Shown: positions 20,215-30,401, counted from the first letter of the stretch. The stretch is DNA of 64,000 nt from Deferribacterales bacterium (GCA_050253075.1 JBFWJS010000002.1:591571-655570); one strand, 5' to 3'. The notes: generated from the letters alone by a model not told the origin. A program made the numbers and translations.

Positions 20215-20302
20215 GCTGTGACAACGAAGTTGTAACTACGTGCGTTAAGCATAATGGAAACATAGAACTCCTGGTTTACCCGGAGGAATCTATAGAAAGG
20301 TA

Positions 20303-20854
20303 TTAATCTTCAAAAAGCATAGCGTCACGGAGCTTCTGTGCGGTATCTTCCTCCACAAGCAGCTCCACAAGTGTGAATGCGAACTCTGCCGCCGTGGCAG
20401 GGCCTCGGCTGGTGATGATGTTCTCATCCACCACTACTATCGCTTCCTGATAGTCGCTGTCCGCCTCGACAGCATCACGGAAGGAAGGATAGCTGGTGGC
20501 CATACAGCCTTTCAGCAGTTTTTTCTCAGCGAGTACGGCGGGAGCAGCACATATGGCGGCGATAAATTTTTCTTCCTCGGCAAATTTTCTCAGGAGGGCA
20601 TCGGCGTCCTTGCTGGCGGCGATATTCTTCGCTCCTGTGCCTCCGCCGGGGAGAACCACCATCTCGTAATCGTCCTCTTCGACATCTTCGAGGGATTTAT
20701 CAGGCTTTATAAGCAGCCCGTGGGCGCCCTTCACCATCCCTTCTTTCAGCCCGGTAACACAAACATCGACCTCTGCTCTGCGCAGGATATCTATAACGCT
20801 GACAGCTTCGATCTCTTCGAAACCGTCCGCAAGCAGTACTATCACTTTAGCCAT
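20303..20854 (-). CDS. thiJ: DJ-1/ThiJ (YajL) family glyoxalase/deglycase
   Basis: GFEEIE, LPGG, AICAAP, TSRGPATA. Confidence 0.93.
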   Translation of the reverse strand: MAKVIVLLADGFEEIEAVSVIDILRRAEVDVCVTGLKEGMVKGAHGLLIKPDKSLEDVEEDDYEMVVLPGGGTGAKNIAASKDADALLRKFAEEEKFIAAICAAPAVLAEKKLLKGCMATSYPSFRDAVEADSDYQEAIVVVDENIITSRGPATAAEFAFTLVELLVEEDTAQKLRDAMLFED

Positions 20855-20967
20855 TTGCCACCTCTGTTTTCATATATCACATAGAATACCAAAAACGGTT
20901 GAAATGAAACACCTGAATAATGTAAAATTTTGATAGTTTATTCAAAACCAAAGAAAAGGAAAATATT

Positions 20968-22317
20968 ATGAAGAAGATTTATCTGAGCCCCAGCGATATG
21001 CCTACACAGTGGTATAACGTTCTGGCTGACCTCCCGCAGATGGCGCCGCCTATCAGCCCAATGACAGGCAAGCCCGCCACACCTGAAGAAATGCTCGCTA
21101 TATTCCCCGCTCCTATCCTCGAGCAGGAGATGAGCACCCAGAGATACATAGACATACCCGAGCCCGTTATGGACATCCTGACACTGTGGAGACCATCCCC
21201 AGTGGTCAGAGCCGAAAAGCTCGAAAAAGCTCTCGGCACGAAATGCCGCATCTATTACAAATACGAAGGCGTTTCACCATCGGGCAGCCATAAGACAAAC
21301 ACAGCCGTTGCACAGGCTTACTATAACAAAATATCCGGCATCAATAAGCTCACGACAGAGACGGGTGCAGGACAGTGGGGGAGCGCACTCTCTTTCGCCA
21401 CGAACATCTTCGAAATGTCTCTGAAGGTGTATATGGTTAAAGTGAGCTACCACCAGAAACCATACAGAAAATCTTTCATGAACATGTTCGGCGCAGAGGT
21501 TATCCCTTCTCCGTCTACATTTACAAACGCAGGTAAGGCAGAGCTGGAGCGTGACCCTAACTCTAACGGTTCACTCGGACTCGCCATCAGCGAAGCAGTG
21601 GAAGAAGCTGTGATGAATAAGGACACTAACTATGCACTCGGTTCCGTGCTGAACCACGTCATCCTCCACCAGTCCCTCATAGGACTAGAGGCTAAGAAGC
21701 AGATGGAGATAGGCGGAGACTACCCGGACATGGTATTCGCATCATGCGGCGGCGGGTCAAACTTCGGCGGTATCGCAGCGGCATTTGTAAAAGATAAACT
21801 CGAAGGTAAAAAGGTAGAGTGTGTGGCTATGGAGCCCCTCTCATGCCCTACCCTGACAAAGGGCGAGTTCGCTTTCGACTACGGCGACGTGGCAAAAATG
21901 ACGCCTATCATGCAGATGTATACCCTCGGACACGACTTCATGCCTCCCGCTATCCATGCGGGCGGTCTCAGATATCACGGCGACAGCCCTATCGTGAGCA
22001 AGATGTATAAGGAAGGGATAGTAGACGCCAGAAGCGTAGGCCAGCTCAATGTCTTCAAATACGGAACACTCTTCGCTAAGACAGAAGGTATCATCCCTGC
22101 TCCTGAGTCTTCACACGCTATCGCAGGCGCCGCTATGGAAGCTCTCGAGTGTGATAAAAGAGGCGAGTCGAAATCGCTCCTTTTCTGTCTGTCAGGCCAC
22201 GGTCACTTCGACATGGCATCATACGACAGCTACTACGAAGGGAAGCTCGAAGACTATGCATACCCCGAAGAGGCTATCAAAGAATCACTGAAAAGCCTCC
22301 CGCAGGTCGAGCTTTAA
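20968..22317 (+). CDS. trpB2: TrpB2 / TrpB-like PLP enzyme
   Basis: GSHKTN, TETGAGQWG, HAGGLRYHG, PAPES, SGHG; stand-alone 449 aa. Confidence 0.93.
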   Translation: MKKIYLSPSDMPTQWYNVLADLPQMAPPISPMTGKPATPEEMLAIFPAPILEQEMSTQRYIDIPEPVMDILTLWRPSPVVRAEKLEKALGTKCRIYYKYEGVSPSGSHKTNTAVAQAYYNKISGINKLTTETGAGQWGSALSFATNIFEMSLKVYMVKVSYHQKPYRKSFMNMFGAEVIPSPSTFTNAGKAELERDPNSNGSLGLAISEAVEEAVMNKDTNYALGSVLNHVILHQSLIGLEAKKQMEIGGDYPDMVFASCGGGSNFGGIAAAFVKDKLEGKKVECVAMEPLSCPTLTKGEFAFDYGDVAKMTPIMQMYTLGHDFMPPAIHAGGLRYHGDSPIVSKMYKEGIVDARSVGQLNVFKYGTLFAKTEGIIPAPESSHAIAGAAMEALECDKRGESKSLLFCLSGHGHFDMASYDSYYEGKLEDYAYPEEAIKESLKSLPQVEL

Positions 22318-22326
22318 AATTAAAAT

Positions 22327-22896
22327 ATGAAAATATTACTTCATCAATGCTGTGGTCCTTGCTCCGTATACCCTGTAAAAGTGCTGAAAGAGCAGGGTCA
22401 CAGCATTATGGGTTACTGGTATAACCCAAACATACACCCCGTCACCGAGTTTTATAAAAGGCTCGAGACACTGAAACGTTTCAACGACGAAGAGGACATC
22501 AAGACCATCGTGGACGAAACCTACGGGCTCACGGAGTTTGTCCGTATGGCTGCGTTCAGAGAGACCGAGAGATGCAGATTCTGTTATCAGATGCGTATAG
22601 AAAAGGCCGCTCAGATAGCCTCAAAGGGGAACTTTGACGCCTTTACCACTACGCTGATGTACAGCAGATGGCAGGATCACGACATGATGAAAGAATTCTG
22701 CGAGATAGCATCGAAGAAGTTTAAGATCGCTTTCCACTATGAGGATTATCGTGAAGGCTGGCAGGAGGGGATAGACACCTCCAAAGAGCGCGGAATGTAC
22801 CGCCAGCAGTACTGCGGATGCATCTATTCAGAGGAAGACAGATACAGAAAACAGCTTTCGAAATACTTCGCCGAGGGACGCTCGGTCTTTTTATGA
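22327..22896 (+). CDS. queH: Epoxyqueuosine reductase QueH (DUF208)
   Basis: LLHQCCGPCS, YNPNIHP, RCRFC, YRQQYCGCIYS. Confidence 0.93.
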   Translation: MKILLHQCCGPCSVYPVKVLKEQGHSIMGYWYNPNIHPVTEFYKRLETLKRFNDEEDIKTIVDETYGLTEFVRMAAFRETERCRFCYQMRIEKAAQIASKGNFDAFTTTLMYSRWQDHDMMKEFCEIASKKFKIAFHYEDYREGWQEGIDTSKERGMYRQQYCGCIYSEEDRYRKQLSKYFAEGRSVFL

Positions 22897-23619
22897 CATA
22901 CTGAGGGGCTTTTCCAGCCCGCATTCGTAAAGCAGCTTTTCATCTGAGAATATATCCGACGGCGTACCGTCTGCGGCTATGCGTCCTTCATGCATGACCA
23001 TTATCCTGTCGCACATCTCATACGCCATATCCAGATCGTGGGTTGCTATTATCTTTGTATGCTTAAAGGTTTTCAAAAGTTCTATCATGCGTCTGCGTGC
23101 TCTAGGGTCTAGCCCTGCCGACGGCTCATCCATAACGAGTACATCGGGCGACATGGCGATAACCCCCGCAAGGGCGGCTGCTTTCTTCTCTCCGCCGGAG
23201 AGCTTGTGCGTCATCCTGTCTTTCAGGTGCAGTATGCCCACGGCATCGAGTGATTCCTCGACCTTTTTATACGCTTCCTCAGGGGGGAAGCCCAGATTCA
23301 GCGGTCCGAAAGCCACATCATCTGCCACTTTCGGCATAAAGAGCTGGTCATCACTGTCCTGAAACAGCATACCGACAGTCTTTCGTATATTATTCAGAGT
23401 AGATTTTGTCACGGGCATTTCGCCTATGCGCACCTCGCCCTTTTGTGCGAGGAAATATCCGTTCAGGTGCCTCAGCAGGGTCGACTTCCCCGCTCCGTTC
23501 GCACCCACCAGCCCCACAGACTCGCCGTGGGTAATGCGGAAAGATATATCATGCAGAACTTCTCTGCCTGTGCTGTAAGAAAATGAGAGGTCAAAAGCCT
23601 CGACTAAATGATGACTCAT
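22891..23619 (-). CDS. cbiO: ECF Ni/Co transporter ATPase (NikO/CbiO)
   Basis: GANGAGKS, FQDSDDQLF, LSGGEKK, DEP; probable start at MSHHLVE (23619). Confidence 0.92.
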   Translation of the reverse strand: MSHHLVEAFDLSFSYSTGREVLHDISFRITHGESVGLVGANGAGKSTLLRHLNGYFLAQKGEVRIGEMPVTKSTLNNIRKTVGMLFQDSDDQLFMPKVADDVAFGPLNLGFPPEEAYKKVEESLDAVGILHLKDRMTHKLSGGEKKAAALAGVIAMSPDVLVMDEPSAGLDPRARRRMIELLKTFKHTKIIATHDLDMAYEMCDRIMVMHEGRIAADGTPSDIFSDEKLLYECGLEKPLSMS

Positions 23620-24428
23620 CAGAGCACCCCTGTGACAGCCCCGCCTAAAAGCATGGGCACATTGTATATTCTGAAAATAATGAAAAGTCCGCACCAGAAA
23701 AGCACGAACAGCATATCGCTTCTGCTCATTCCGCAGTCTCCGCTACACCTGATCGTTCCGTCAAAGCCACGGGAAAACATCGCAAGGTGTATCCGCTGCG
23801 CCCTGTCCATAGTGCGCAGGAGCAGATGACCGAGGAACGACACATACAGCCTGAACCCCATCTTTTTACCGAAGAGCCGCATGGAGCTCGCCGTGAGCAT
23901 CCTGTCCGCCTCCTCCATCAGCACAAAGATGTATCTGTAGAGGAACATAAGCTGAACCACGAAAACCTTCGGCACGTACAGAGACTCCATAGCACTGCAT
24001 ATGCGTGTGAACCCCGTGAGGCTGATGAGCACCAGAGCAGCCGTTACCGTAAGTGTGAAGCGGAGCAGTATGGATAAGAACGACACCCACCCGCCGGAGA
24101 TATCCAAACCGCCGATATTCGCCACCACATGATGGTCTATCAGAGGATTAAATATGCCTATGACCACGGCAAAAGGAGATACTATCAGCACGCTCTTCAT
24201 GAAAAAACGGGCAGAAAGCCCCCCGTAGGATATCATCACCGCAGGGAAGATATAAAAAGGTAAAAGCTGAAGAACAGTATACTTATCAAACGAAGCGACT
24301 GTGATGATAAAGAACAATGTCGCTATCAGTTTGGCCTGCGGGGCAACCCTGTGTAAAGGGCTGCCCATCTCGGCCATTTCGTCTATGTATCTGAATCTTA
24401 GGAAATGTCTTTCTATGCTGGACATCAA
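23619..24428 (-). CDS. cbiQ: ECF Ni/Co transporter T component (NikQ/CbiQ)
   Basis: LYRYIF, A...SRGF, membrane protein between the M and O components. Confidence 0.9.
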   Translation of the reverse strand: MMSSIERHFLRFRYIDEMAEMGSPLHRVAPQAKLIATLFFIITVASFDKYTVLQLLPFYIFPAVMISYGGLSARFFMKSVLIVSPFAVVIGIFNPLIDHHVVANIGGLDISGGWVSFLSILLRFTLTVTAALVLISLTGFTRICSAMESLYVPKVFVVQLMFLYRYIFVLMEEADRMLTASSMRLFGKKMGFRLYVSFLGHLLLRTMDRAQRIHLAMFSRGFDGTIRCSGDCGMSRSDMLFVLFWCGLFIIFRIYNVPMLLGGAVTGVL

Positions 24429-25451
24429 TTAGATACCGGTGACAACACCGCTTTTCCTGCGGAGCAGCGCACCCGCACCGAATGCCAGCAGGAGAGTAAG
24501 ACCGCCGCCGACAATACCTGAAACTGATGTACCCGCACTGACAGCAGGCCAGCTCTCTTCGCCCCCCTCTTCTTCTCCGGATGTTTTAAACCCGTAGTCG
24601 GGGAGGAAAGATGTTTTCTCCTGAACACTGCTTGCGGAATTATAAATGCCGTTGTCCGGTGTTGCGAGCTCTTCATGCCCTGATGTTTTAAACATGGACC
24701 ACTCGAGTCCGTCCGGATTGCTTGATGCGAACCAGCTGAGCACTGCACCTGTGAAAACAGCAAGGATGAGTATTGATACCATAGTCTTTTTCAGGCTGAT
24801 GGCTGAGAGTGAAGCCCCTGTGAGAACCTCAGGACGCTCTCTCCATACAAACATAACAACAGCCGCAGTAACGAGCCCTTCCACAACGCCGATAGCGAGG
24901 TGAACAGGCTGCATCATCAGCACAAATGTACTGAAAGGAAGCTCTGAAATGCCTGAGAAGACTGTCTCGAGAACCACAAAGAAAGCACCGAGCTGGAGAC
25001 CTATCACAGCGGCAGTAAATGAGCCCGCCGTGATCAGCTTGCCCGATGTTTCATCCTTTGCTATCAGCTTATATATAAAAGGATAAGCGACAAAACAAGG
25101 GAAGAACCCGAGATTGAAAATGTTGCAGCCGAGGGCGAGTATACCGCCGTCAGCGAAGAAGAACGCCTGTATCGTCAGAACAGACGCTATGGTAATGAAT
25201 GCCGCATATGGTCCGAGCAGAATAGCGAGGAGCATAGCTCCGCCTAAGTGCCCGCTCGAGCCTGTGGCCGGGATTGTAAAATTGATCATCTGCGCCGCGA
25301 AAACGAACGCACCAAGGACACCCATAAGAGGGATCTTTTTCTCATCTAGTGACTTTTTAACCTTTGCCGAACAGTAAGCAAGCAGCCCGCCTGAAACAGC
25401 CCATCCCGCAGCGCCAACGGCAGGGGAGAGTAATGCATCTGCCATGTGCAT
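24429..25451 (-). CDS. cbiM: ECF Ni/Co transporter S component, NikMN/CbiM fusion
   Basis: N-terminal MHMAD, SSGHLGG, ADGG, C-terminal PDGLE domain. Confidence 0.92.
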   Translation of the reverse strand: MHMADALLSPAVGAAGWAVSGGLLAYCSAKVKKSLDEKKIPLMGVLGAFVFAAQMINFTIPATGSSGHLGGAMLLAILLGPYAAFITIASVLTIQAFFFADGGILALGCNIFNLGFFPCFVAYPFIYKLIAKDETSGKLITAGSFTAAVIGLQLGAFFVVLETVFSGISELPFSTFVLMMQPVHLAIGVVEGLVTAAVVMFVWRERPEVLTGASLSAISLKKTMVSILILAVFTGAVLSWFASSNPDGLEWSMFKTSGHEELATPDNGIYNSASSVQEKTSFLPDYGFKTSGEEEGGEESWPAVSAGTSVSGIVGGGLTLLLAFGAGALLRRKSGVVTGI

Positions 25452-25487
25452 AAAACACCTCTAAAAAAATAATTGTGCAGAAAAATA

Positions 25488-25910
25488 TCAGCCGAGATTG
25501 CTGCCCGTAGTACCCTTTGTCATTGTGCAGTGCTTTAAGCCTTTGATAGACTTCAGCCCCGCATAAAGACTGTTTATACGGCCGGCGTCCCCTTTGACCA
25601 CAAGTACCTCCATGCAGTTATGATGATCCAGATGCACGTGCTGGGAGCAAAGCACAAGATTTTCAAAATCGTGCTGTGTCGCAACTAGCTTCTCCATCAA
25701 ACCGCTCTTGTGGTGGTCGTACACGATGCTGATAGAAGCAGCCACTACACTCCCTTCCTGCCATTCGTCCTCCACCAGAACATTCCTTATCAGGTGCTTC
25801 ACACCCTCGGAGCGACCGGGGAATCCGTTTTCGTCGAGAAACTTTTCAAATTTCTCAAGGAGAGATTCTTCTATCGATACCGTAAAACGTACAACCTTTG
25901 ACATACACAT
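25488..25910 (-). CDS. nikR: Nickel-responsive regulator
   Basis: RHH N-terminus (RFTVS...RSE), YDHH, HVHLDHHNCME. Confidence 0.95.
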   Translation of the reverse strand: MCMSKVVRFTVSIEESLLEKFEKFLDENGFPGRSEGVKHLIRNVLVEDEWQEGSVVAASISIVYDHHKSGLMEKLVATQHDFENLVLCSQHVHLDHHNCMEVLVVKGDAGRINSLYAGLKSIKGLKHCTMTKGTTGSNLG

Positions 25911-25913
25911 CCC

Positions 25914-25940
25914 GTAATACTTTTCTTAAAATAATATTAC
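25914..25940. promoter_or_regulatory. Putative NikR operator
   Basis: GTAATAC-N13-ATATTAC inverted repeat immediately upstream of the nikR start. Confidence 0.65.
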
Positions 25941-25990
25941 CACGCTTCAAGCCCCTTGCATAGAAAAAACTTACGGGTTAATATTCATGT

Positions 25991-26212
25991 ATGAACTTTG
26001 ATCTGGGTAAAACATTAATAACAATCGGCGTAGTGATAATAATAGCAGGCATTTGCGTCGTCATAGCCGGTAAGCTGGGGATAAACTTCGGCAGGCTCCC
26101 CGGCGACATTAATATCAGAAAGGACGGCTATTCTTTCCACTTCCCTATAGTCAGCTCTATCATCATCAGCATAGTACTGACAGTCATACTGAATTTATTC
26201 TTCAGAAAATAG
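25991..26212 (+). CDS. DUF2905 small membrane protein
   Basis: GRLPGDI...F.FPI.S.I..S motif. Confidence 0.88.
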   Translation: MNFDLGKTLITIGVVIIIAGICVVIAGKLGINFGRLPGDINIRKDGYSFHFPIVSSIIISIVLTVILNLFFRK

Positions 26213-26327
26213 TGATGCAGTAATATTTTCTGCTTGAATATTTGAAAATAAAGAGTATCTTTCAGAAATTCACCATGAAAAGCAGTGCAAACTGCGTATC
26301 TGGGCTTATATTTCGGAGGCTCAAGAA

Positions 26328-27038
26328 ATGAGGTTTCGTATCCCGGATTTTCACATCAGCAGACAGCCTGATGAGACCACATGCGGTCCCACATGTCTGC
26401 ACTCGGTCCTTCGCCACTACGGTGATGAAACACCGCTCAGCGAAATCATACAGAGCATACCCGACCTCGAAGCAGGCGGTACGCTCTCTGTCATGCTTGC
26501 GAACTACGCACTTAAAAAAGGCTATTCTGCAACAACCTACACCTATAACCTGCAGGTCTTTGACCCGTCATGGTTTAAAGGCAATGTCGACATAGCGGAC
26601 AAACTGCGCCAGCAGGCAAAGTTTAAGACCAAGGCAAAACTGAGGACAGCAACAGAGCACTATCTGAAATACCTCGAACTGGGAGGTAAGCTGCTCTTTG
26701 AGGATATGTCGCCCTATCTGCTGAGGAAGATACTGACATCGGGCAAACCGATCATCTGCGGGCTTAGCTCCACATACCTGTATAACTCAAAGAGAGAGTA
26801 CGGAGACAACTGTGACTATGACGACATACGCGGACTTCCCAGCGGACATTTTGTGGTAATATATGGCTATGACAGCAAGAGGCGAAAGGTCTATATAGCA
26901 GACCCTCTGCTGCCGAACCCGATAAATAACAGCCAGCTGTACAGCGTATCTATGAGCCACCTTATATGTTCCATACTATTAGGCGTGCTCACGTATGATG
27001 CGAAGCTGCTTATCATAGAACCAAGTGGAGAGAGATGA
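26328..27038 (+). CDS. Peptidase C39-like (papain-fold) protein
   Basis: QPDETTCGPTCL (Gln/Cys), GHFVV.YGY, IADP. Confidence 0.85.
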   Translation: MRFRIPDFHISRQPDETTCGPTCLHSVLRHYGDETPLSEIIQSIPDLEAGGTLSVMLANYALKKGYSATTYTYNLQVFDPSWFKGNVDIADKLRQQAKFKTKAKLRTATEHYLKYLELGGKLLFEDMSPYLLRKILTSGKPIICGLSSTYLYNSKREYGDNCDYDDIRGLPSGHFVVIYGYDSKRRKVYIADPLLPNPINNSQLYSVSMSHLICSILLGVLTYDAKLLIIEPSGER

Positions 27039-28501
27039 GAAAGATAATAATCGTAAACACCCCTGCCGAATGGGGGTTTGAGACACCCGATGTGGATGTC
27101 GTATCGGCTCTGGACTACCTGACGAAGCAGGAATGGCTGGATGCTAAAAAGCTGGAGATATTCAACCTTTGTAAATCTTACAGCTATCAGAGCTATGGAT
27201 ACTATGTGTCGCTTCTGGCTGAGGCGCGCGGTCATAAGGCTATGCCTTCTGTAAAGACCATACAGGACATGAAGTCCCGCACTATCATCAAGGCGCTTTC
27301 GGACGAAAACGACGCCATGCTGCAAAAGCTGCTCGGGCCGCTTGCATCCGAAGAGTTCACCCTCAGCGTATACTTCGGCAAAAACGTTGCGAAGAAATAT
27401 GAAAAACTCGCAAATACTCTCTTCCGTATGTTCGATGCTCCGTTCCTTCAGGCGCACTTTGTAAAGACAAAGAAGAAATGGCTCCTGCAGAACGTCGAGC
27501 CTATCCCTGCGAGCAAGATACCCGAAGACCACAGAGACATAGCTGTCGATGCGGCAAACGAGTATTTCAAAGCACAGAAGAGATATACGGGTAAGAAGAA
27601 AAACTACCTTTACGACCTCGCCATACTGGTGAATGACAACGAGGCGCATGCGCCGTCAGACACCAGAGCGCTGAATAAATTCATCCACGCTGCAAAGGAT
27701 CTGGGCATAAACGCCGTCCTCCTGCAGAAGGATGACGCAGTGAAGATATCCCAGTTTGACGCTCTCTTCATCAGAGAGACCACAAACGTGAACCACCACA
27801 CATACTCACTCGCACGTAAAGCCGAGGCAGAGGGGCTGGTGGTCATAGACGAGCCGACATCCATCATGAGATGCACAAACAAGGTGTATCTGGCGGAGCT
27901 GCTCAATGCAAAACACGTTCCCACGCCGAAGACCGTCATCATCCATAAAGGAAATGTGAACGAGATGCCGTGGGGGCTCGACCTGCCCGTAATACTGAAG
28001 CTGCCCGACAGCTCATTCTCTCAGGGTGTGATAAAAGTGAAGACCATGGAAGACTGCAAGACAGCCGTGGCGAAGATGCTGGAAAAATCTGCCCTGATAC
28101 TGGCGCAGGAATTCATGCCGACAGACTATGACTGGCGTGTGGGCGTCATCGACGGAAAGCCTCTGTACGTATGCAAATACTACATGGCGACAAAGCACTG
28201 GCAGATCATCAAAACCGACGAAAAGGGCAAACTGCACGAAGGAAACTTTGAGACTATGTCAGTGGCAGACGCACCGAAAGGTGTCATATCCACAGCGCTG
28301 AAAGCATGCAATGCCATAGGAAAGAGCCTGTACGGTGTGGATATAAAGCAGGTGGGCAAGAAGTTCTATGTGATAGAGGTGAACGACAACCCAAGCATAG
28401 ACGGCGGTGTGGAGGATAAGGTGCTGAAAGACGGACTGTACGACAGCATCATGAAAGTGTTCAGGGACAGACTGGACAAAACAATGCAGTGGAAGGGCTA
28501 G
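27035..28501 (+). CDS. RimK-family ATP-grasp ligase with RLAN N-terminal domain
   Basis: NLC.SY.YQS.GYYVSLLAEARGH (RLAN); PDSSFSQGV, QEF, YDWR, YGVD, EVNDNP. Confidence 0.9.
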   Translation: MRKIIIVNTPAEWGFETPDVDVVSALDYLTKQEWLDAKKLEIFNLCKSYSYQSYGYYVSLLAEARGHKAMPSVKTIQDMKSRTIIKALSDENDAMLQKLLGPLASEEFTLSVYFGKNVAKKYEKLANTLFRMFDAPFLQAHFVKTKKKWLLQNVEPIPASKIPEDHRDIAVDAANEYFKAQKRYTGKKKNYLYDLAILVNDNEAHAPSDTRALNKFIHAAKDLGINAVLLQKDDAVKISQFDALFIRETTNVNHHTYSLARKAEAEGLVVIDEPTSIMRCTNKVYLAELLNAKHVPTPKTVIIHKGNVNEMPWGLDLPVILKLPDSSFSQGVIKVKTMEDCKTAVAKMLEKSALILAQEFMPTDYDWRVGVIDGKPLYVCKYYMATKHWQIIKTDEKGKLHEGNFETMSVADAPKGVISTALKACNAIGKSLYGVDIKQVGKKFYVIEVNDNPSIDGGVEDKVLKDGLYDSIMKVFRDRLDKTMQWKG

Positions 28502-29701
28502 ATGGGAAGATACAACCTCTTTGAAGGTTACGGTATAGAGATAGAATACATGATAGTAGACAGGGACACGCTGAAGGTGCGCCCTGTGGCAGATAAATTA
28601 CTCGAAAAGCTGGCGGGCGAGCTCGTGAACGAAGTGTTCATCGACGGCATAGGCTACTCCAACGAGCTGGTAAAGCACGTGATAGAGATAAAGACCGAAG
28701 GCCCGCAGAAATATAAAGATATGGCGGACAACTTCAGCAATGCGGTGGACAGGATAAACGGCATACTGGCAGAGATGAACTGCATGATAATGCCGACAGC
28801 TATGCACCCGACGATGAATCCGCTGACAGAAACCGAGCTCTGGCAGGATGAAAACGCCGAGATATACGAAGCCTATGACAGGATATTCAACTGTAAGGGG
28901 CACGGATGGTCTAACCTGCAGAGTGTGCATATAAACATGCCGTTCAACGGCGACGACCAGTTTGAAAAGCTCCACGCAGCCATCAGGTGCGTACTGCCTA
29001 TCATCCCCGCTCTCTGCGCCTCATCGCCTATGGTGGAGGGCACTCAGACAGGGCTGGCGGACAACAGGCTGGACTTTTACCGTAATAATCAGCGCTCCGT
29101 ACCTTTCGTAGCGGGGAATGTTATCCCCGAGAGGGTATTCAGCGAGGCTGAGTATAACGAAAAGATATTTGACGAGCTCGCAAAGGCGATAGCCCCCCAC
29201 GACCCCGAAGAGATACTGGAGCCCATCTGGCTGAACAGCCGTGGTGCGATAGCACGCTTCGACAGGGGCGCAGTGGAGATACGCCTTGTCGACGTACAGG
29301 AATGTCCTCAGGCAGACATAGCAGTGGTGAAGCTGATATCCGAAACAGTGCGCCATCTCAGCCTGACAGGCGACCTCGAAAAGATGAAAAAGATAGACGA
29401 AGCCGAGATGTATACCATACTCCTCTCATGCATAAGAGAGGGCGAAAATGCACTCGTCAGCCATAAAGACCTGCTCGATATATACGGCATGCCGGAGGCA
29501 AAGGCCGTCGAGCTATGGCGTGCGATGTTTCTCCGTACGGGGATGGACGCAGACAAGCAGTATGCACCTGCCCTGCTGAACATCTTCTCCCACGGAACAC
29601 TGAGCACCCGCATCAAAGAAGCGCTCATCAGCAGAAGCATAGAGGCAGTTTATGCCGAGCTGTGCGGATGCCTTAAGGAGAACGAGCTTTTCAATGGCTG
29701 A
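28502..29701 (+). CDS. Glutamate-cysteine ligase family 2 (GCS2) carboxylate-amine ligase
   Basis: GIEIEYMIVD, NELV.HVIE, MHP, SVHIN, ASSP, ARFDRG.VEIR. Confidence 0.88.
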   Translation: MGRYNLFEGYGIEIEYMIVDRDTLKVRPVADKLLEKLAGELVNEVFIDGIGYSNELVKHVIEIKTEGPQKYKDMADNFSNAVDRINGILAEMNCMIMPTAMHPTMNPLTETELWQDENAEIYEAYDRIFNCKGHGWSNLQSVHINMPFNGDDQFEKLHAAIRCVLPIIPALCASSPMVEGTQTGLADNRLDFYRNNQRSVPFVAGNVIPERVFSEAEYNEKIFDELAKAIAPHDPEEILEPIWLNSRGAIARFDRGAVEIRLVDVQECPQADIAVVKLISETVRHLSLTGDLEKMKKIDEAEMYTILLSCIREGENALVSHKDLLDIYGMPEAKAVELWRAMFLRTGMDADKQYAPALLNIFSHGTLSTRIKEALISRSIEAVYAELCGCLKENELFNG

Positions 29702-30344
29702 TATTATAATAACTTGCGAGCATTCCTCCCCGCACATTCCAAATATGTACCGTGGCAAGATGCTCATACCGAACAACATTGACGAACACAGAGTATATGA
29801 TAAAGGTGCTTTTGAAGCAGCAGAGAACTTTGCCTGTATAAAAGGGGGGAGCGTCATAGACTTCCCCTGTTCCAGGCTTTTGATAGACGCCAACAGGAGC
29901 ATAACAAACAGCTCACTCTTTTCAAAGTATTCCGCAGGGCTCCCGTCCGTGGACAGATACACCCTGATAGAGGAGATATACATCCCCTTCCGCATGAAGA
30001 CGGTGAAGGCGGTGGAAAAGAGCGCAAAGGCCATTCACCTGTCATTTCACAGCTATACCCCCGTGCTGAACGGTAAAGTGCGCAACTATGACGCAGGGAT
30101 ACTCTACGACCCGTCCAGAGGCGAAGAGGCGGAGCTGGCCGGAAACCTTATAAAGCACATGAACTCACACGGGATAAGAACCGTCGCAAACAGACCGTAC
30201 AAAGGGACTGCCGACGGGCACACCACTGCTCTGCGGAAAGAATTCCCCGCCGATAGATACATCGGCATAGAGATCGAGCTCTCGCAGAAATTCAGTGTGA
30301 AGGAAATGATAGGTATTTCCACCGAAATCGCTTCATTTTTCTAA
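29694..30344 (+). CDS. N-formylglutamate amidohydrolase family protein
   Basis: TCEH, HRVYD.GA, SRLLIDANR, HSYTP, NRPY, IEIE; probable start ATG at 29694. Confidence 0.85.
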   Translation: MADIIITCEHSSPHIPNMYRGKMLIPNNIDEHRVYDKGAFEAAENFACIKGGSVIDFPCSRLLIDANRSITNSSLFSKYSAGLPSVDRYTLIEEIYIPFRMKTVKAVEKSAKAIHLSFHSYTPVLNGKVRNYDAGILYDPSRGEEAELAGNLIKHMNSHGIRTVANRPYKGTADGHTTALRKEFPADRYIGIEIELSQKFSVKEMIGISTEIASFF

Positions 30345-30401
30345 CCCATTATTGCAACATCTCTCTATGTAGTTTAAACTTTTAGCACAAGAGAGGAGTT
30401 T

